64,000 bases of DNA, taken from assembly GCA_934232895.1 (NCBI GenBank), contig CAKQGH010000006.1:138-64137 (forward strand). Reading direction: 5' to 3'. The stretch is from an uncultured Alphaproteobacteria bacterium. GTDB taxonomy: Bacteria > Pseudomonadota > Alphaproteobacteria > Rs-D84. A program made the position numbers and the translations under genes. The notes beneath the pieces were generated by a model that searched no databases, was not told where the DNA came from, and worked only from the letters and a program-made list of their open reading frames with translations. Positions 36,501 through 46,900 of the stretch are shown here, one piece after another. Position 1 is the stretch's first letter. Every line of letters starts with the position of its first letter.

Positions 36501-37752
36501 TACCAAGTGTCTGTCTGGCGCGTTCAGTGCGACCGATGGTGCAACCGCATGTACGCCATGTGCCGCGGGCACGACCAACGACGGATGGGGCAACACGAAA
36601 TGCGACATCCAATGCGCTAATGGCGCGCATGTGGCAAAGTGGATGGAATCCACATGGAATGTAGGTACCGGTGATATGGGCCAGGTTGTTGCCAGTGAAT
36701 GCGAAATTGAATCATGTGCCACGGGGTGGTTGCTGGGCGACAATGAATGCGTAGAACGCATAATGTGTGTACCAGGTAAATATTACGATGGAACAAAACT
36801 GGTGCAATGCCCGGCCGGGTCATATTGCCCGGGTGGTGGCGAAACAACGCCGGGCGTGCCGTCATGCGCGACATCGTGCGCAACGGTTGGCGATGGTTCG
36901 TACAATGTGTCGGCGCCTGGCGCGTCCAGCACCGCCGGATGCACACATAAATGCGACGCATACCCAATCGCGGGCGGCATGGCAAAACCGAAATTGGAAT
37001 ATGCGCCATATCCGACCCAGTGCGAATTTACCGGCGTGTCCGACACCGGCAACCCGTGTGACATTGTTGACGGGCGTTGTGTGGAAACATCGTGCAACGG
37101 TAATTATGAAATGATAAATGGCCGTTGCGAACCATGCGGACGTGATTTCGCACTCAGTTATAATATGACCGCGGGCAACTGTATCGTGACCAAATGCGAA
37201 ATTGGTTATCATCCGGCGGGCGATGCTTGTGCGGAAAATACGCGCGAATGCACAATACCGGGCGCCATATCGGCGGTCCAGGAATGGAACGAAAAAACAA
37301 AATCGTTCGGCGCATGTACCGTGACCGAATGTGACGATGGGTTCCATATTGCATCGAATAAATGTGTATCTGATACCCAGGCATGCACCGTGACAAACGG
37401 CGTCGGCACCCAGGAGTGGAACCATATATCAAACACTTGGGATGCGTGCGTCGCAACCGAATGTGCGGCCGGATATACCAACGACAAATCTGACAGTGCG
37501 GAACCAACACGCGAATGTGGACCGTGCCGCAACGGATATGGCGTTGATGGTACCCGCGTGGCCAGCAGTTATATCCGTGGATGTGAAATCGCATCGTGCA
37601 TGTACCAGGGCGAAATGTATAACCTGGAAAATAACGAATGCGTTCCGATTTGCAGTGTCGCGGGGTATTCTGATGAAACCGGTACCATGAAATGGAACCC
37701 GGCGACCAAGAAATGCGACCGCACCTGCGCGGATGGATACCGCATGTGGTAA
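27568..37752 (+). CDS. Giant secreted Cys-rich mosaic protein 1 (3,394 aa): ~14 Listeria-Bacteroides (Flg_new) repeats, ephrin-receptor-like/furin-like CxxC repeats, EGF-like tail
   Basis: Start at ATG 27568 after AAAGAGAGGAAG. Signal peptide MTKKRGFLGFFAYLFVAMFFATGAFA. Repeats of the type YTVTFNTNNGTGG...PTRTGYQFAGYY...TLYAQW and C-AAGQYLPA..C..C.AG..C.GG...C..G.F...GA..C..C. The track ORF start 27472 is a repeat-encoded extension. Confidence 0.9.
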   Translation: MTKKRGFLGFFAYLFVAMFFATGAFAASELYEDCPVPDENSVAAGFWNNVAEPNFGGEPLGFSGSAADAIGEGFEPYVINPHRVEVSEETGITNGVGNCVAVIWYMSDHGMFYRFVQYSENAELYDHAPTLEPYSKIPFGWITTAPGYYLEMPIYGDYYAEDAEIKDPIFAAIPYQSYNYQNYKYYPFRTNTLCTQGSYCNSGVTDLWDWDGYATGEGTSTKGIEQCDGGWPSAPGATECDESGNYIQFDCVDNQNGNERSGVNVDFANGYSFSRMRDDNVHMVCAAGGWNNENGDFSTPDDIQCILIEPTTKEVIDAKGQGLCSIDRSGDYENHYVMEWKGSDLYIKCRLATEEEDLSDGSRLHVGDVRCEYFDENNSESKVYKSYNISYDLNGGTANNPANPKREISAVISHDATEWTVYYEPIGDQECYEPFSYDYDLGKCVTGHGGEYDLCNGANAECDPFIPLLGPNDDDNKQLTFRCWHNMADTNNPESCLYDDLDVGSDAARGEEQYPFLERVFGTSGYINVRAIWDQYSWLCEAGTYYKANTGVDTCTTCPAGSYCPDDRLYSTGTVDDGIIKCSAGTTSEAGSKSCTAITYKVTLDKQNGTGGTDAYWYKYNSSKTCYYFADANLTKCIDGSNGQNITIPIRTGYTFDGYYTGTNGTGTQYVNASGLTVNNLYKTTGDRTLYAKWKPNTIKVTLDSDGATSSGTKAYWYQYNTNNKCYYYSDAALTTCMGGTTTNQKIDTLPSKNGYAFGGYYTGKNGTGKQYITASGYATGSIVDSVSSDITLYAKWDLVTYTIEYNVNGGTMPSSGVVTEYTVETDSFELPRPTHTKARFWGWRNKAAWGAVVADNVVKKGSYGNLELTAAYNIDCEPGKYFDKTTKSCAECPSGGFYCEGGSFDYNATENKGLGFCPEPEASFFEERVNVVDDGENITGGPDLVTQWMRKNWGVPEFEIVEYAVEDSRYGLSSVNQCQYALLYDVTMAKWQENGYNAKPQLFEIWQYDSDANEYTAVVQSGWLSTIPGYYLRNPIKGSCTDEGFLRPHWGKQPYTELEICPAGSYCPGNDSKDEVYEPECGSPDDSDILTEFGRVTCPRGGTVEGAIGEDQCDGSFDYRICFYDENADGGIGGIAGFNPEKCTNKIIESCDECTDTATDISGACVVDSSEGDYTFDDEGGNAYTICLIHDENNPNGVPGYRYNCDIDAQQEVHGPRCQYDLITYTLTYNANGGAITDLANVPTKYTVIDSLPTVPDATRDGYELLGWLTESGDTLQPGEQWTPLDYMGDNADAQVISLTAQWEELITCLPGRYLPAGETECKICPAGYGCPTENMTYRKNATQDQGKAPCQYTTYSDGTDGFCNTCAEGSFSEYDMATACTPCGAGRTNSGGGICKGYCSNSDNVASWKTPTWMTGNYVDNYCAIASCTELYELQSDGKKCIGRVFKATLDNDGATTAGTAAFWYRYKTSGVMYADADLKTPLGGVKYKITVPVKTNYVFGGYYTQKNGAGTQVVDAEGVIANYTANTFGADTTLYAQWTPVTVDCAAGQYLPAAKVTCASCPAGSRCPNAATYSFSETADQGAIKCNIGTFATGGAKSCTTCAEGSITSNSGSYRCTACTKGKTTAGNVRSACDATCQNSDITVSWLAPSWNNNTVTNLCAAATCKSGAVLANNGCYHLVRVTLDAQGGRAGIPAFYYAYQNYYDGSYYKDEKLTTEVAPGDYIPSRTGYEFGGYWTEKNGGGHEAIQSFGDIDQDLYKDESENFTLYAKWTAKEITCAAGQYLPAGVEDCKPCTAGNSCAGGTFTFSATADQGQTPCAAGRFSGAGAKVCTACGIGSYTNETGATACVPCQNGKTTSGTGRTSCDASCDMEHVAGWATAEWFTNNTTSTCVPEACNDGYFVSPDTLECAENSFVANFDIGNGGWELLSGGQPDKYIANLKYGEMVPDLWMDTMPKLDGYLFMGFFTEPEGQGDMYWNSVGRGMREWEFSDPEIQFYAYYEKAEDTLYYVCTEYDENGEINQDACSTYQVTNCACDNQNPYDSSAQLGNCKMYDQTTVDFGDTRGRNQNVCVILDDDEGTHPRQDLKWTCIPDETNKYVYCYYVPREYTIIFDTEAGSAEEAQVGDSGQPIMYVKWTYGDGPITLPSARKPAEDLYVDRWNLADVYDLAPGDEFDPANADYLDYATKFVFKFTPFSWTSKMIACDAGYYLPAGGEQCEVCPSGSYCPGGTYDRGAPNDAGAETCPGGLRDVNSKYLMSAGDLSEIYSPGVGSLEVAENITPAGSKTITDCRAVARYWDDEAFHRLIEIRTYNADTEKYSDRVAGGWYQTSSTGVYMSGFNSCALVVGASEISNGNWALYTNLEECPAGSYCPAASGGQCSSSKPAPSTVGITQCPMGTYNSGTMANNISQCNVCTDGKTSAAGAASCNISCTNSIGAGTWKTPTLSNGVVSNLCVIDTCATGYVKVGDACERIVTLTLDANGGSTPAVTKVYMISRGEDAYEGFFKDYALTQHVTCDDLKSERTGYTFVAWGELMYVSAAGSCEFDTNDFFKNEDDMTIQATWRANEYTVTFNTNNGTGGASTATVVYDATMAKLTSLPTRTGYQFAGYYDAATGGTMYYGVDGTAARKWDKAANTTLYAQWVVEGEYTIGYDLDGGTNAASNPRTYTVETETITLADPTKTGYTFGGWYSEAAFANKVTQIAKGSTGNKMLYAKWTPIKYTIRYNANGGTGTVADTVCTYDADCTIAANGFTNGTKRFVAWSKDTTAQSGVYTAGQVVKNLSANASTITMYAIWADCAACAAGAGANCQLTAPLGVCKYTTSCRAGYDTPVNAGKYNPSCSVIPYKITYNLNGGTNPAGAKTQYTVETADYTLPTPTKKGYDFGGWFTNDALTGTAVTKIARGSTGAKTFWAKFTAMKIYCNPGYYLAAGATECTAVCPAGSMCAGDDVTYTGAEQGRRVCPAGTFSQAGANTCTKCLSGAFSATDGATACTPCAAGTTNDGWGNTKCDIQCANGAHVAKWMESTWNVGTGDMGQVVASECEIESCATGWLLGDNECVERIMCVPGKYYDGTKLVQCPAGSYCPGGGETTPGVPSCATSCATVGDGSYNVSAPGASSTAGCTHKCDAYPIAGGMAKPKLEYAPYPTQCEFTGVSDTGNPCDIVDGRCVETSCNGNYEMINGRCEPCGRDFALSYNMTAGNCIVTKCEIGYHPAGDACAENTRECTIPGAISAVQEWNEKTKSFGACTVTECDDGFHIASNKCVSDTQACTVTNGVGTQEWNHISNTWDACVATECAAGYTNDKSDSAEPTRECGPCRNGYGVDGTRVASSYIRGCEIASCMYQGEMYNLENNECVPICSVAGYSDETGTMKWNPATKKCDRTCADGYRMW

Positions 37753-37769
37753 TGCCGCATCGCAAATAC

Positions 37770-37801
37770 AAACGCCCCAAAACCGGGGCGTTTTATTTTT
37801 T
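37770..37801 (+). terminator. Rho-independent terminator after giant gene 1
   Basis: AACGCCCC-AAAACC-GGGGCGTT followed by TTATTTTTT. Confidence 0.6.
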
Positions 37802-37901
37802 CGCAATTTCATAGGAATTATTGTCTTGACGGCATTATTGGAATTTTAGTACCGTTGCATTAAACGATTGAATACAATCAAATAATACACACGGGGGGAT
37901 T

Positions 37902-40900
37902 ATGTTCAAACGCCGCATTTCAGCAAAGTTTGCGCGACTTGTTGCGGGGCTGTTTGCGGCCGTGTTTTTGTTTAGCGCCCCGGCATTTGCTGGCAATTTG
38001 GATGAAATTCAGGCAATATATGATCGGTTGACATACGATTCCCAGAATATAGATGACGTTGATTTCTTTGATGACAATCAATGGCAGGTAATAGATACAT
38101 CACAATATGTCGCCGGAGTTGTAGGAAATAGCGCTGACTCGGCGGAAAAGACAACCTGCCCGGCGTACGCATATTGCAGTAATGAATGCGGCGCGAGCGG
38201 ACGTGAAGATATGTATTGGCTGTATCACGATGATGGCCGAACGATTTCTGATTTGCAGACCGAATTGAGTAGTGTGATGCGGGCCCCCAGCAATGTTATA
38301 GACAATACGTGGAAAAACACTTTTGCCCAGGCGGGGCGTTTCCTGTGCCCATCAAATACGGTCGGCCGCGCGCGTTCGGTCAGTGGTAATGGTTATGACC
38401 CGGGCGAGGGTTGTTGGTGTTGGTGGTCAAAACGCGCGGGTGCGACATCAGGTTATGCGCAATTGGCGCCACAGGTGAATGATAATGTTTTTGAACCGGT
38501 TGCGTATGACGCGGCGTATGCCACGCGTAATGGTTGGTACGCCCCGTGCGAGGAACCACTGGGCACATTTAATGTCGCGTTTGCAACCGGTAGTGACAAT
38601 TCCTCTTCGCCGGAACAGTGGACATGGCGCGTGGCGCAACCGACATCAACCACAACTGATTGGCTTAATACCAGCATATTGAATGGGGATATTGATACCT
38701 CTTGCAGTCCAGGTACCGGGGAAAACAGCCATCTGTATTTGGCCGATATTATGGTGGGCAATAACAGTTTGTTAAAGGAAACGGGTGCTGGGACCCTTTG
38801 TTTTGATTCGGATAATGTGCGCGCTGTGGCCGGTTCTTCGTGCGAAAAGTTATTGACGGTGTTTGCCCCGAATGGCCTGCCCTATGTGTATCGATTAGAG
38901 AGTATAACAACCGGTGATTTGGAACGTTTGGAAATGTGCGTTGACCCGGATTGTTCGCTGGGCAGTGTTTATGACAAAATGGACCTGGATTATTCCGATG
39001 ACGAGGGTCTGGAGGTTCAGTGCGGTATGGTCTATGAATCAACCGATGATGAACACCCGCATTCGCTGTGTTATTATGTTGGATATAATAATGGTGTGCA
39101 GTATAGATTATATCCGTACCAGTTGGATTACCTGATTGATATTTTCACAACCATGTTTGATGATTCCAATTCCGCCGATTGGGAAAGTGTTTACAATGGA
39201 TATGTCGGCAACAATGACATAACATTTGTTTTGGGTGTGACAAATGATGCCGATGCAACCATTTCGGGTACTTGCGGGTCCGGCGGTGGCGGTGGTGGTG
39301 GCACCACAACAGAGTATACTTGCAGTGCGGGGAATTACCTGCCGGCGAATTCTACAACGTGTAAAACTTGTATCGAGGGATATTATTGCCCTGGTGGGAC
39401 ATGGTCCAAAGACGCCACCATCGTCCAGGGGCTGAATCCTTGCCCCACGGGATATACCAGTGCCGCCGGCGCTGCCAGTCGCAGTGAATGTGGGTTGATA
39501 CAATACACCATAACATATAACTTGGATGGTGGCACGAACGCGGCGGCCAACCCGGCAAAATATACGGTGACAACATCGACCATCACTTTGGCCAACCCAA
39601 CGAAAGACGGATATACATTTGATGGATGGTATTCTGATTCCGCATACACAACCAAGGTCACCAAAATCGCCCAGGGTTCAACCGGTAATAAAACTTTTTA
39701 TGCCAAATGGACGGCCAATGGCGTCGCATGCGCCGCGGGTAAATATTTACCCGCGAATGGCAGCACTTGCGCCACATGCCCCGTTGGGAAATATTGCCCG
39801 GGTGGAACATACATCCCGTCGACCAATGACCAGGGTGCCGACGCATGTCCCACCGAATATGGTGCCGAAAAAGAAAGTGAGGTTTCGACCGTTGATTCCG
39901 CCGCGGGTTTGATTGAATATGCTTTTGCCCCAGATGTTACCGGTATCAGTTCGCCCGACGAATGTACCGTGGATGCCGCATATTCTAATGCCTCGGGCGC
40001 ATGGATTGAACGGCGCAAATTCGACCCCGTTGTTGACCTGTTGTACAATACCGTGGTTGGTACATATTATTTTGAAAGTATGGCTGGATACTATTTAAGT
40101 GGCGTAAACACAAAATGCATGAGTACTTTTGGAACGGGACCAAGCGACGGTGTGGTGTATAACAGTATCAAAAAATGTGATGCCGGGTATTATTGCCCAG
40201 CCACGGCCAGTGTGTATGAAAACAATGCCACAACATGCGGCGGGACGAACAACCCCACAACACTGGGGCGCACCCAATGTGCCACCGGGTACACCAGCAG
40301 CGCCGGCGCAACCGCGTGCACCCCGATTACATACAAGGTGACATTGGATAAACAAAGTGGAACGGGTGGAACATCGGAATACTACTATGCCTATGAAACC
40401 AAGGGCGCATGCTATTACTATACTTCGTCGGCGTTATCCACCTGTATCGACAGTTCGGACGGTCAAACCATCACGGTGCCGACGCGTACCGGGTACACAT
40501 TTGGTGGATACTGGACCGGTAAAAACGGAACGGGGACAATGTATGTTGATTCAACCGGATTGACCAAAAACAATCTGTACACGGCCGTGGCGGGAAATAC
40601 AACCCTGTACGCCAAATGGACCGGGATTTCATACACCGTAAAATATGACGCAAATGGTGGTACCGGCACCACCGCAGACAGCAGCCACACATACGGCACG
40701 GCCAAGGCCCTGACCGCGAACGGGTTTACCAATGGTGTCAAAAAATTCTTGGGATGGTCCAAAACCAAAACCGCAACCACGGCAACATACAGCGATGGGG
40801 AAAGCGTCAAAAACCTGACCACTACCGATGGTGATACCGTCACACTGTACGCAATTTGGGGTGAATGCCAGCCTTGCACGCCGGGTGTGGGTGCAAAGTG

Positions 40901-43900
40901 CGAATTGACCGTAGAAACGGGATACTGTTATTACACCACGGAATGCTTGGATGGGTACATTGATATTGAAAATGACGGGGAATACAACCCACAGTGCACC
41001 GCAAATATGCTTACTTGTGAACCGGGCTATTATGTGCCGGCCGGTGCAAGCGAGTGCGCCATTTGTACAAATGAAAATTACTGCCCAGGTGGCGAATACC
41101 TGGTGTTGGCCGAGGCTGATAACGGATTGTTCCCGTGTGAACCCGGCGTCGCCTGTGGTTCCGAAGGAAACAAGTCATTTACCAAATATAATATTTCGTA
41201 TGACCTGGGGACGGGCGCCACGAATAATGCGCAAAACCCCGTGCAATGTGGCGTTTCGTGGTCATACGATGACAGTGCATGGCAACTGACGTGCAGTTCG
41301 GTTGATAAAACGGAATGCGCGCGTCCAACAGACGGGCCGGTTTCGGAAAATCCAGATTACTGCACAATTGCCTATGACGATGGTTCACAGGTATATGTCG
41401 GTATCGAGGCGGCCGATCGCGACGGGTACAGTTTCTATTGCTGGCATAATATGGACGACCCCGACAATACGTGTACTGATGACAGCGTGCGCATGGATGA
41501 TTATACTTATTATCTGGAAAAGTTAGCCAATAAATCTGATGATGACCCACAGTCGGTGTATAATATTCGTTTGCAGGCGGTATGGGATGCGTGGGAATAT
41601 GATATTAAATATAACCTGAACGGTGGTTCGAACCCGTCGGGCGTGCGGACCAAGTACACAATTGAAAGCGATGAATATACCCTGCCCACGCCAACCAAGA
41701 CCGGATATACATTTGGTGGTTGGTACGAAAACTCTGGCCTGACCGGTAATGCCGTGACCAAAATTGCCAGTGGTTCAACCGGTACAAAGACGTTCTGGGC
41801 AAAATGGAACGCGATTGAATATGCCATCACATACAATCTGGACGGTGGCACGAACAACGCATCGAACCCGACCAAGTACACAATCGAAACCGCAACAATT
41901 ACTTTGGCCAACCCAACCAAGACGGGATATACATTCGGTGGGTGGTATTCAGACGCGGCGCTTAAAAACCAGGTGACCCAGATTGCCAAGGGTTCAACCG
42001 GCGATAAAACTTTCTATGCGAAATGGACCTTGTCATCGGTGACCTGTGCGGCGGGCCAGTATTTACCGGCGAACAGCCTGTCGTGCACCAAATGTACCGC
42101 TGGGTATGCTTGCCCGGGCGGCACATTCGAATATAAAAACACCGACCAGGGTATCACCCAATGCACGGGCGCAACATACGCCGGCGCTGGCGCGGCACGA
42201 TGCACATCATGCCCATCGCCATATACATACGACACATCGGCGGGCAAGACCAAGGCCGAACAGTGTACACTGAAAACCGATGGTGGACACTGTGTTATAA
42301 CCGTCGGTGGTGATGCCGGGGCGAACTGTCCAGATGGTTATTACTGCCCCGGTGACATTGTTGTTCCATACGGTTCAACCGGTGGTACGGTTGCGTGCCC
42401 AGACGCGATTCAAAACAAACCGTCAAAATGGCCGGACAATTACCATGATGTCACAAAAGTGGCGTTGGACAGTTCATGGGGTACTGGTGCCGGACACGCC
42501 GGTGACACTATTGACGAATGCGTGTTTGCGTATGACCTGGAAAACAGCCGTGGTACGATTTTTGCGGTTCACAGCTATAATTCCAAAACAGGCAAATACG
42601 ATATTCAAGCGGGGGATGGTGTTTGGATGTGGTATAAATCGCTGAAATCTGGATATTATTTGGGTAAAAAATGGACCAATAATGGCAAAGATGCATGCCA
42701 GGTATTTGGAGAGGGCCAACCCAAATTATACCAAGATGCCCTGCCGTGTCCGACGGATGCGTACTGCCCGGGCTATGATGGCACTATTGAATCGTCTGGC
42801 TGGCCAAAATGTGGTGACGGCGAGTATGCTGCCGAGACGGGGTATTGCCCGGCGATTGCATCGCATACGGTGGACACATGGTCCGCAATGTACCGCAATC
42901 CAACCATAGTCAAAACGTCGTTTTATCTTGATGATTCAGCAGCCGATGGCAGCACATTCTTGGACACAGGTGGCGAGTTCGGTCCGTGTTTTGCAGAATA
43001 TTTATTAAAAAATGACGCTGGAACAATTTTGACAATGCAACCATACAGCGTACAAACCGGCAAATATGAAGCGTATTTTGATGATGCCGAGACACTCAAT
43101 TTTTATAAAGATTATTATGCATTTTATGCTTCGTTGAACCCTGGGTATTACTTTTCCAAAAAGTGGTCGCGTACCCAGAATGGCGAAACAATAGATTGGT
43201 GCAATGGTGCTAGTGATGGCGCTAGACTGTGGCAAGAGGCGGAGCCGTGCCCAGCGGGCTCGTACTGCCCTGGCCTTCCGGATGCTTTGGCAGATTCTAT
43301 TTCGGACCTTGGTAACACACCAAACAGTTGGCCGAAATGTGGCGATACCACTGCGTATACGGATATATATAATAAAAATTCTTGCCCAACCACATATCCA
43401 AATAGTGCGGCAAAATCGAGTGCAATTGAACAGTGCTGGTTGACCACAACGGCGGGCAAGTATGTTGCCACGGCCAAGGCAGATCAGGTTCAGTGTTTGA
43501 AAAACAATTACTGTGCCGGCGGTACAACCGTGAACTATGGTTCAACCGGTGGTATGCAATCGTGTGCCACGGGGTACGAAAGCGCAGCGGGCGCGTCCAG
43601 CTGTACGGCAACGGAATATGCCATCACATACAATCTGGATGGTGGCACGAACAACGCGTCGAACCCGACCAAGTACACAATTGAAACCGCAACAATTACT
43701 TTAGCCAACCCAACCAAGACCGGATATACATTTGACGGCTGGTATTCAGACGCGGCGCTTAAAAACCAGGTGACCCAGATTGCCAAGGGTTCGACCGGTG
43801 CCAAAACTTTCTATGCCAAATGGACGGCGGTATCGTACAGCATCACATACAACCTGAACGGTGGAACGAATGCCGCGGGCGCAAAAACATCATATACGAT

Positions 43901-46900
43901 TGAAACGGCGGATTATACCCTGCCCACGCCGACCAAGACTGGATACACATTTGGTGGGTGGTATGAAAATTCTGGTTTAACCGGCAGTGCCGTGACCAAA
44001 ATAGCCAAGGGTTCAACGGGCAATAAAACATACTGGGCAAAGTGGACCATCAAATCGGTGACTTGTGCGGCGGGTAAATATCTGCCGGCGAACAGTCTGT
44101 CATGTGGCGATTGCGGCGCTGGGTATGCTTGCCCGGGCGGCACGTTTGAATATAAAAACACCGACCAGGGTATCAGCCAGTGTACCGGACGCACAAAGTA
44201 CAGCGCATCGGGCGCGGCATCGTGCAGCAATGTCAGCAGTGGTTATTACACCACGGGTTGTGATGCCGATGGCAATGGTTGTACCGGCCAAACACAGTGT
44301 ACCGGCACAACATATTGCAGTGGCGGTGTTAAAAGCGACTGTCCGTCCGGATATACCGCAAACACCGATGCTGGCAAGACCGTCATATCGCAGTGCACAA
44401 TCAGTGTTCCGGCCGGTAAATACCTGGGCACCGCCAAGGGTACCACAACCACCAGTTGTGCAGCAAACACATACAAAGCCGCCCACACCGTAAATTATGG
44501 CAGCACTTCGTCATGTGGCACCTGCCCCGCTGACTATCCGTATTCTGATGCGGGGGCGGCCAGTGCGGACCAGTGCTATAAAAACGGCACGAACACCGGT
44601 ACGCGTTCAGAGCCGGCTTTGCCAACGGGATGTGCGGCGCAAACAACAACGGCATGCACACCGGGAACTTGTACATACCGCATCTATAAAAGTGGCACAA
44701 CAACATCATGCACACCGACGAATTGTGTAAACACGCACAAGGCATGTACATCGGCGGCCACGGATTATTACCTGGACAGTGGCGTCGCCAAGGGATGCAG
44801 CGTATTGAACAGTGCGTATCCAAAATCGGACGGTGGTAATATAACATCATCGTCGTGCTATGGCACATTCAGCAAGAGCGGCAGCCAAGTAAACGGCACA
44901 ACGCCAACGAATTGCTCGGCGGTGACGGCGTGGAATGCATGCACGCCCGGAACATGTAATTACACTAAATACGCCAGTGGCACAGTAAAAGCGGATTGCA
45001 CACCAACGGATTGCACCAAAACCGTAAAGAGTGTGACGGCCAAATCTGGATACTATGTAAATAATAATACGAGTTGCAGCGCGTGCAGTGGCTTGGCGGG
45101 CGGGTTCTATCCGAACAGTGTGTCGGACAATACCGGTGGTGCATCGGCGTGTTATACGAACAGTATCAGTGGTAAATATGTAGCATCGACCAACGCAACC
45201 AGTGCAACCAACTGTGCCGCCGGTTCGTACAAAGGCGCGCATACAGTGAACTATGGCGATACATCATCGTGCGCATTGTGTGCCACGGGGTACGAAAGCG
45301 CGGCCGGCGCATCCAGTTGCAGTGCAATTGTATACACCATTACATACGAATTAAATGGTGGCGCCGCGGCCACCGGCAACCCGGCAACATACACAATTGA
45401 AACCGCGACAATCACATTGGCGGCGCCGACCAAGACCGGATACACATTTGGCGGTTGGTATGCCGACGCGGCGTTCAAGACCCCCGTGACCCAGATTGCG
45501 CATGGCTCGATGGGCAACAAAACACTGTATGCAAAATGGTCGGGCAACACATACACGGTCACATTAAATGCGAACGGCGGAACGGGTGGCACAACCAGTG
45601 TGACCGCGACATACAATGAACAAATGCCAACATTGGCATCGGTCGCCACGATGACAGATTTCGCATTGGTTGGCTATTTCGATGCAACGACGGGCGGCAC
45701 CAAGTATTATAATGCCGACGGTACGGGCGCCCGCGTGTGGGATAAAACCAGCGACGCGACACTGTACGCGCAGTGGTTGTCTGACTTTATCAGTGTGAAA
45801 TGCGACGCGGGCAAATACATAGCCACCGGGGCAACGGTATGCACCGCAACATGTGTGGCGGGTAATTATTGCCCGGGCGGCACGTTTACCATTCCGCGCA
45901 CGGGCGCAACAATTGATACCGGCATCAACGGCTGCACTGGGCGTACCAGATACGCCGCCGCGGGCGCTACATCATGCGGTACTGTTTCGGCGGGATATTA
46001 CACCACGGGTTGCACCGGCAATGACAAATGCACCGGTCAATCCCAGTGTACCGACGCAACATATTGCAGTGGCGGCATTAAATACGATTGCCCGACCGCA
46101 TATACGGCAAACATCGACGCCGGGAAAACGGCCAACACCCAGTGTCAAATAAAGACCACGGCGGGCAACTATGTTTCAACCGCACAATCGGACCAAACCA
46201 CATGTACCGCGGGCGCGTATTGCCCGGGCGATGTCCTGGTGAACTGGGGTGGTACTGGTGGACGCACATTATGCACGGCGGGCACATACAACCCGAACAC
46301 TGGTTCAAGTCTGGCCACGGCATGTGTTAAATCAGACGCCGGATATTATGTTGGCACCAATGGTGCAACCGCACAAACGGCATGCACGGGCGCAACATAT
46401 ACCGACACGACTGGCGCCACCAAATGCACCACATGCCCAACGGCAACCAAGTACGCAGATGCATTAGCACAGTATTCGTATTACAATACTGGCACAATTG
46501 GTGACCACACGACCAAGACCAAATGCCAGGCGGTGTTTAATTCCACAATTGATCATGGAACATTGGTAAATGATGCGTGCTATTTGGGTTCGGACGATGA
46601 TTACGGTACCAGCACCAGCAGCGGCGCATCGACATGCTGGTTGTTAAAGGATGGTCTGAGCTGTGATGGTGGGTATTATAATAAATCACAGTACGCGGCA
46701 ACTCGTTCGGCGGTATTATCAAATGCGTGTATTGCGGTTGGTGCGGGATATTGGTCGCCGACGGGTGAATTGACACGGAGCCAGTGCGGCACGGGATTGA
46801 CCACCATCGGATATGGCGCGGGTGCGGATGAGGCCGGCGATTGCGGACGGATTCTGTCGTATGGCAACAAAACGGTTTATTTGCGCAGTGTACGCAAGAC

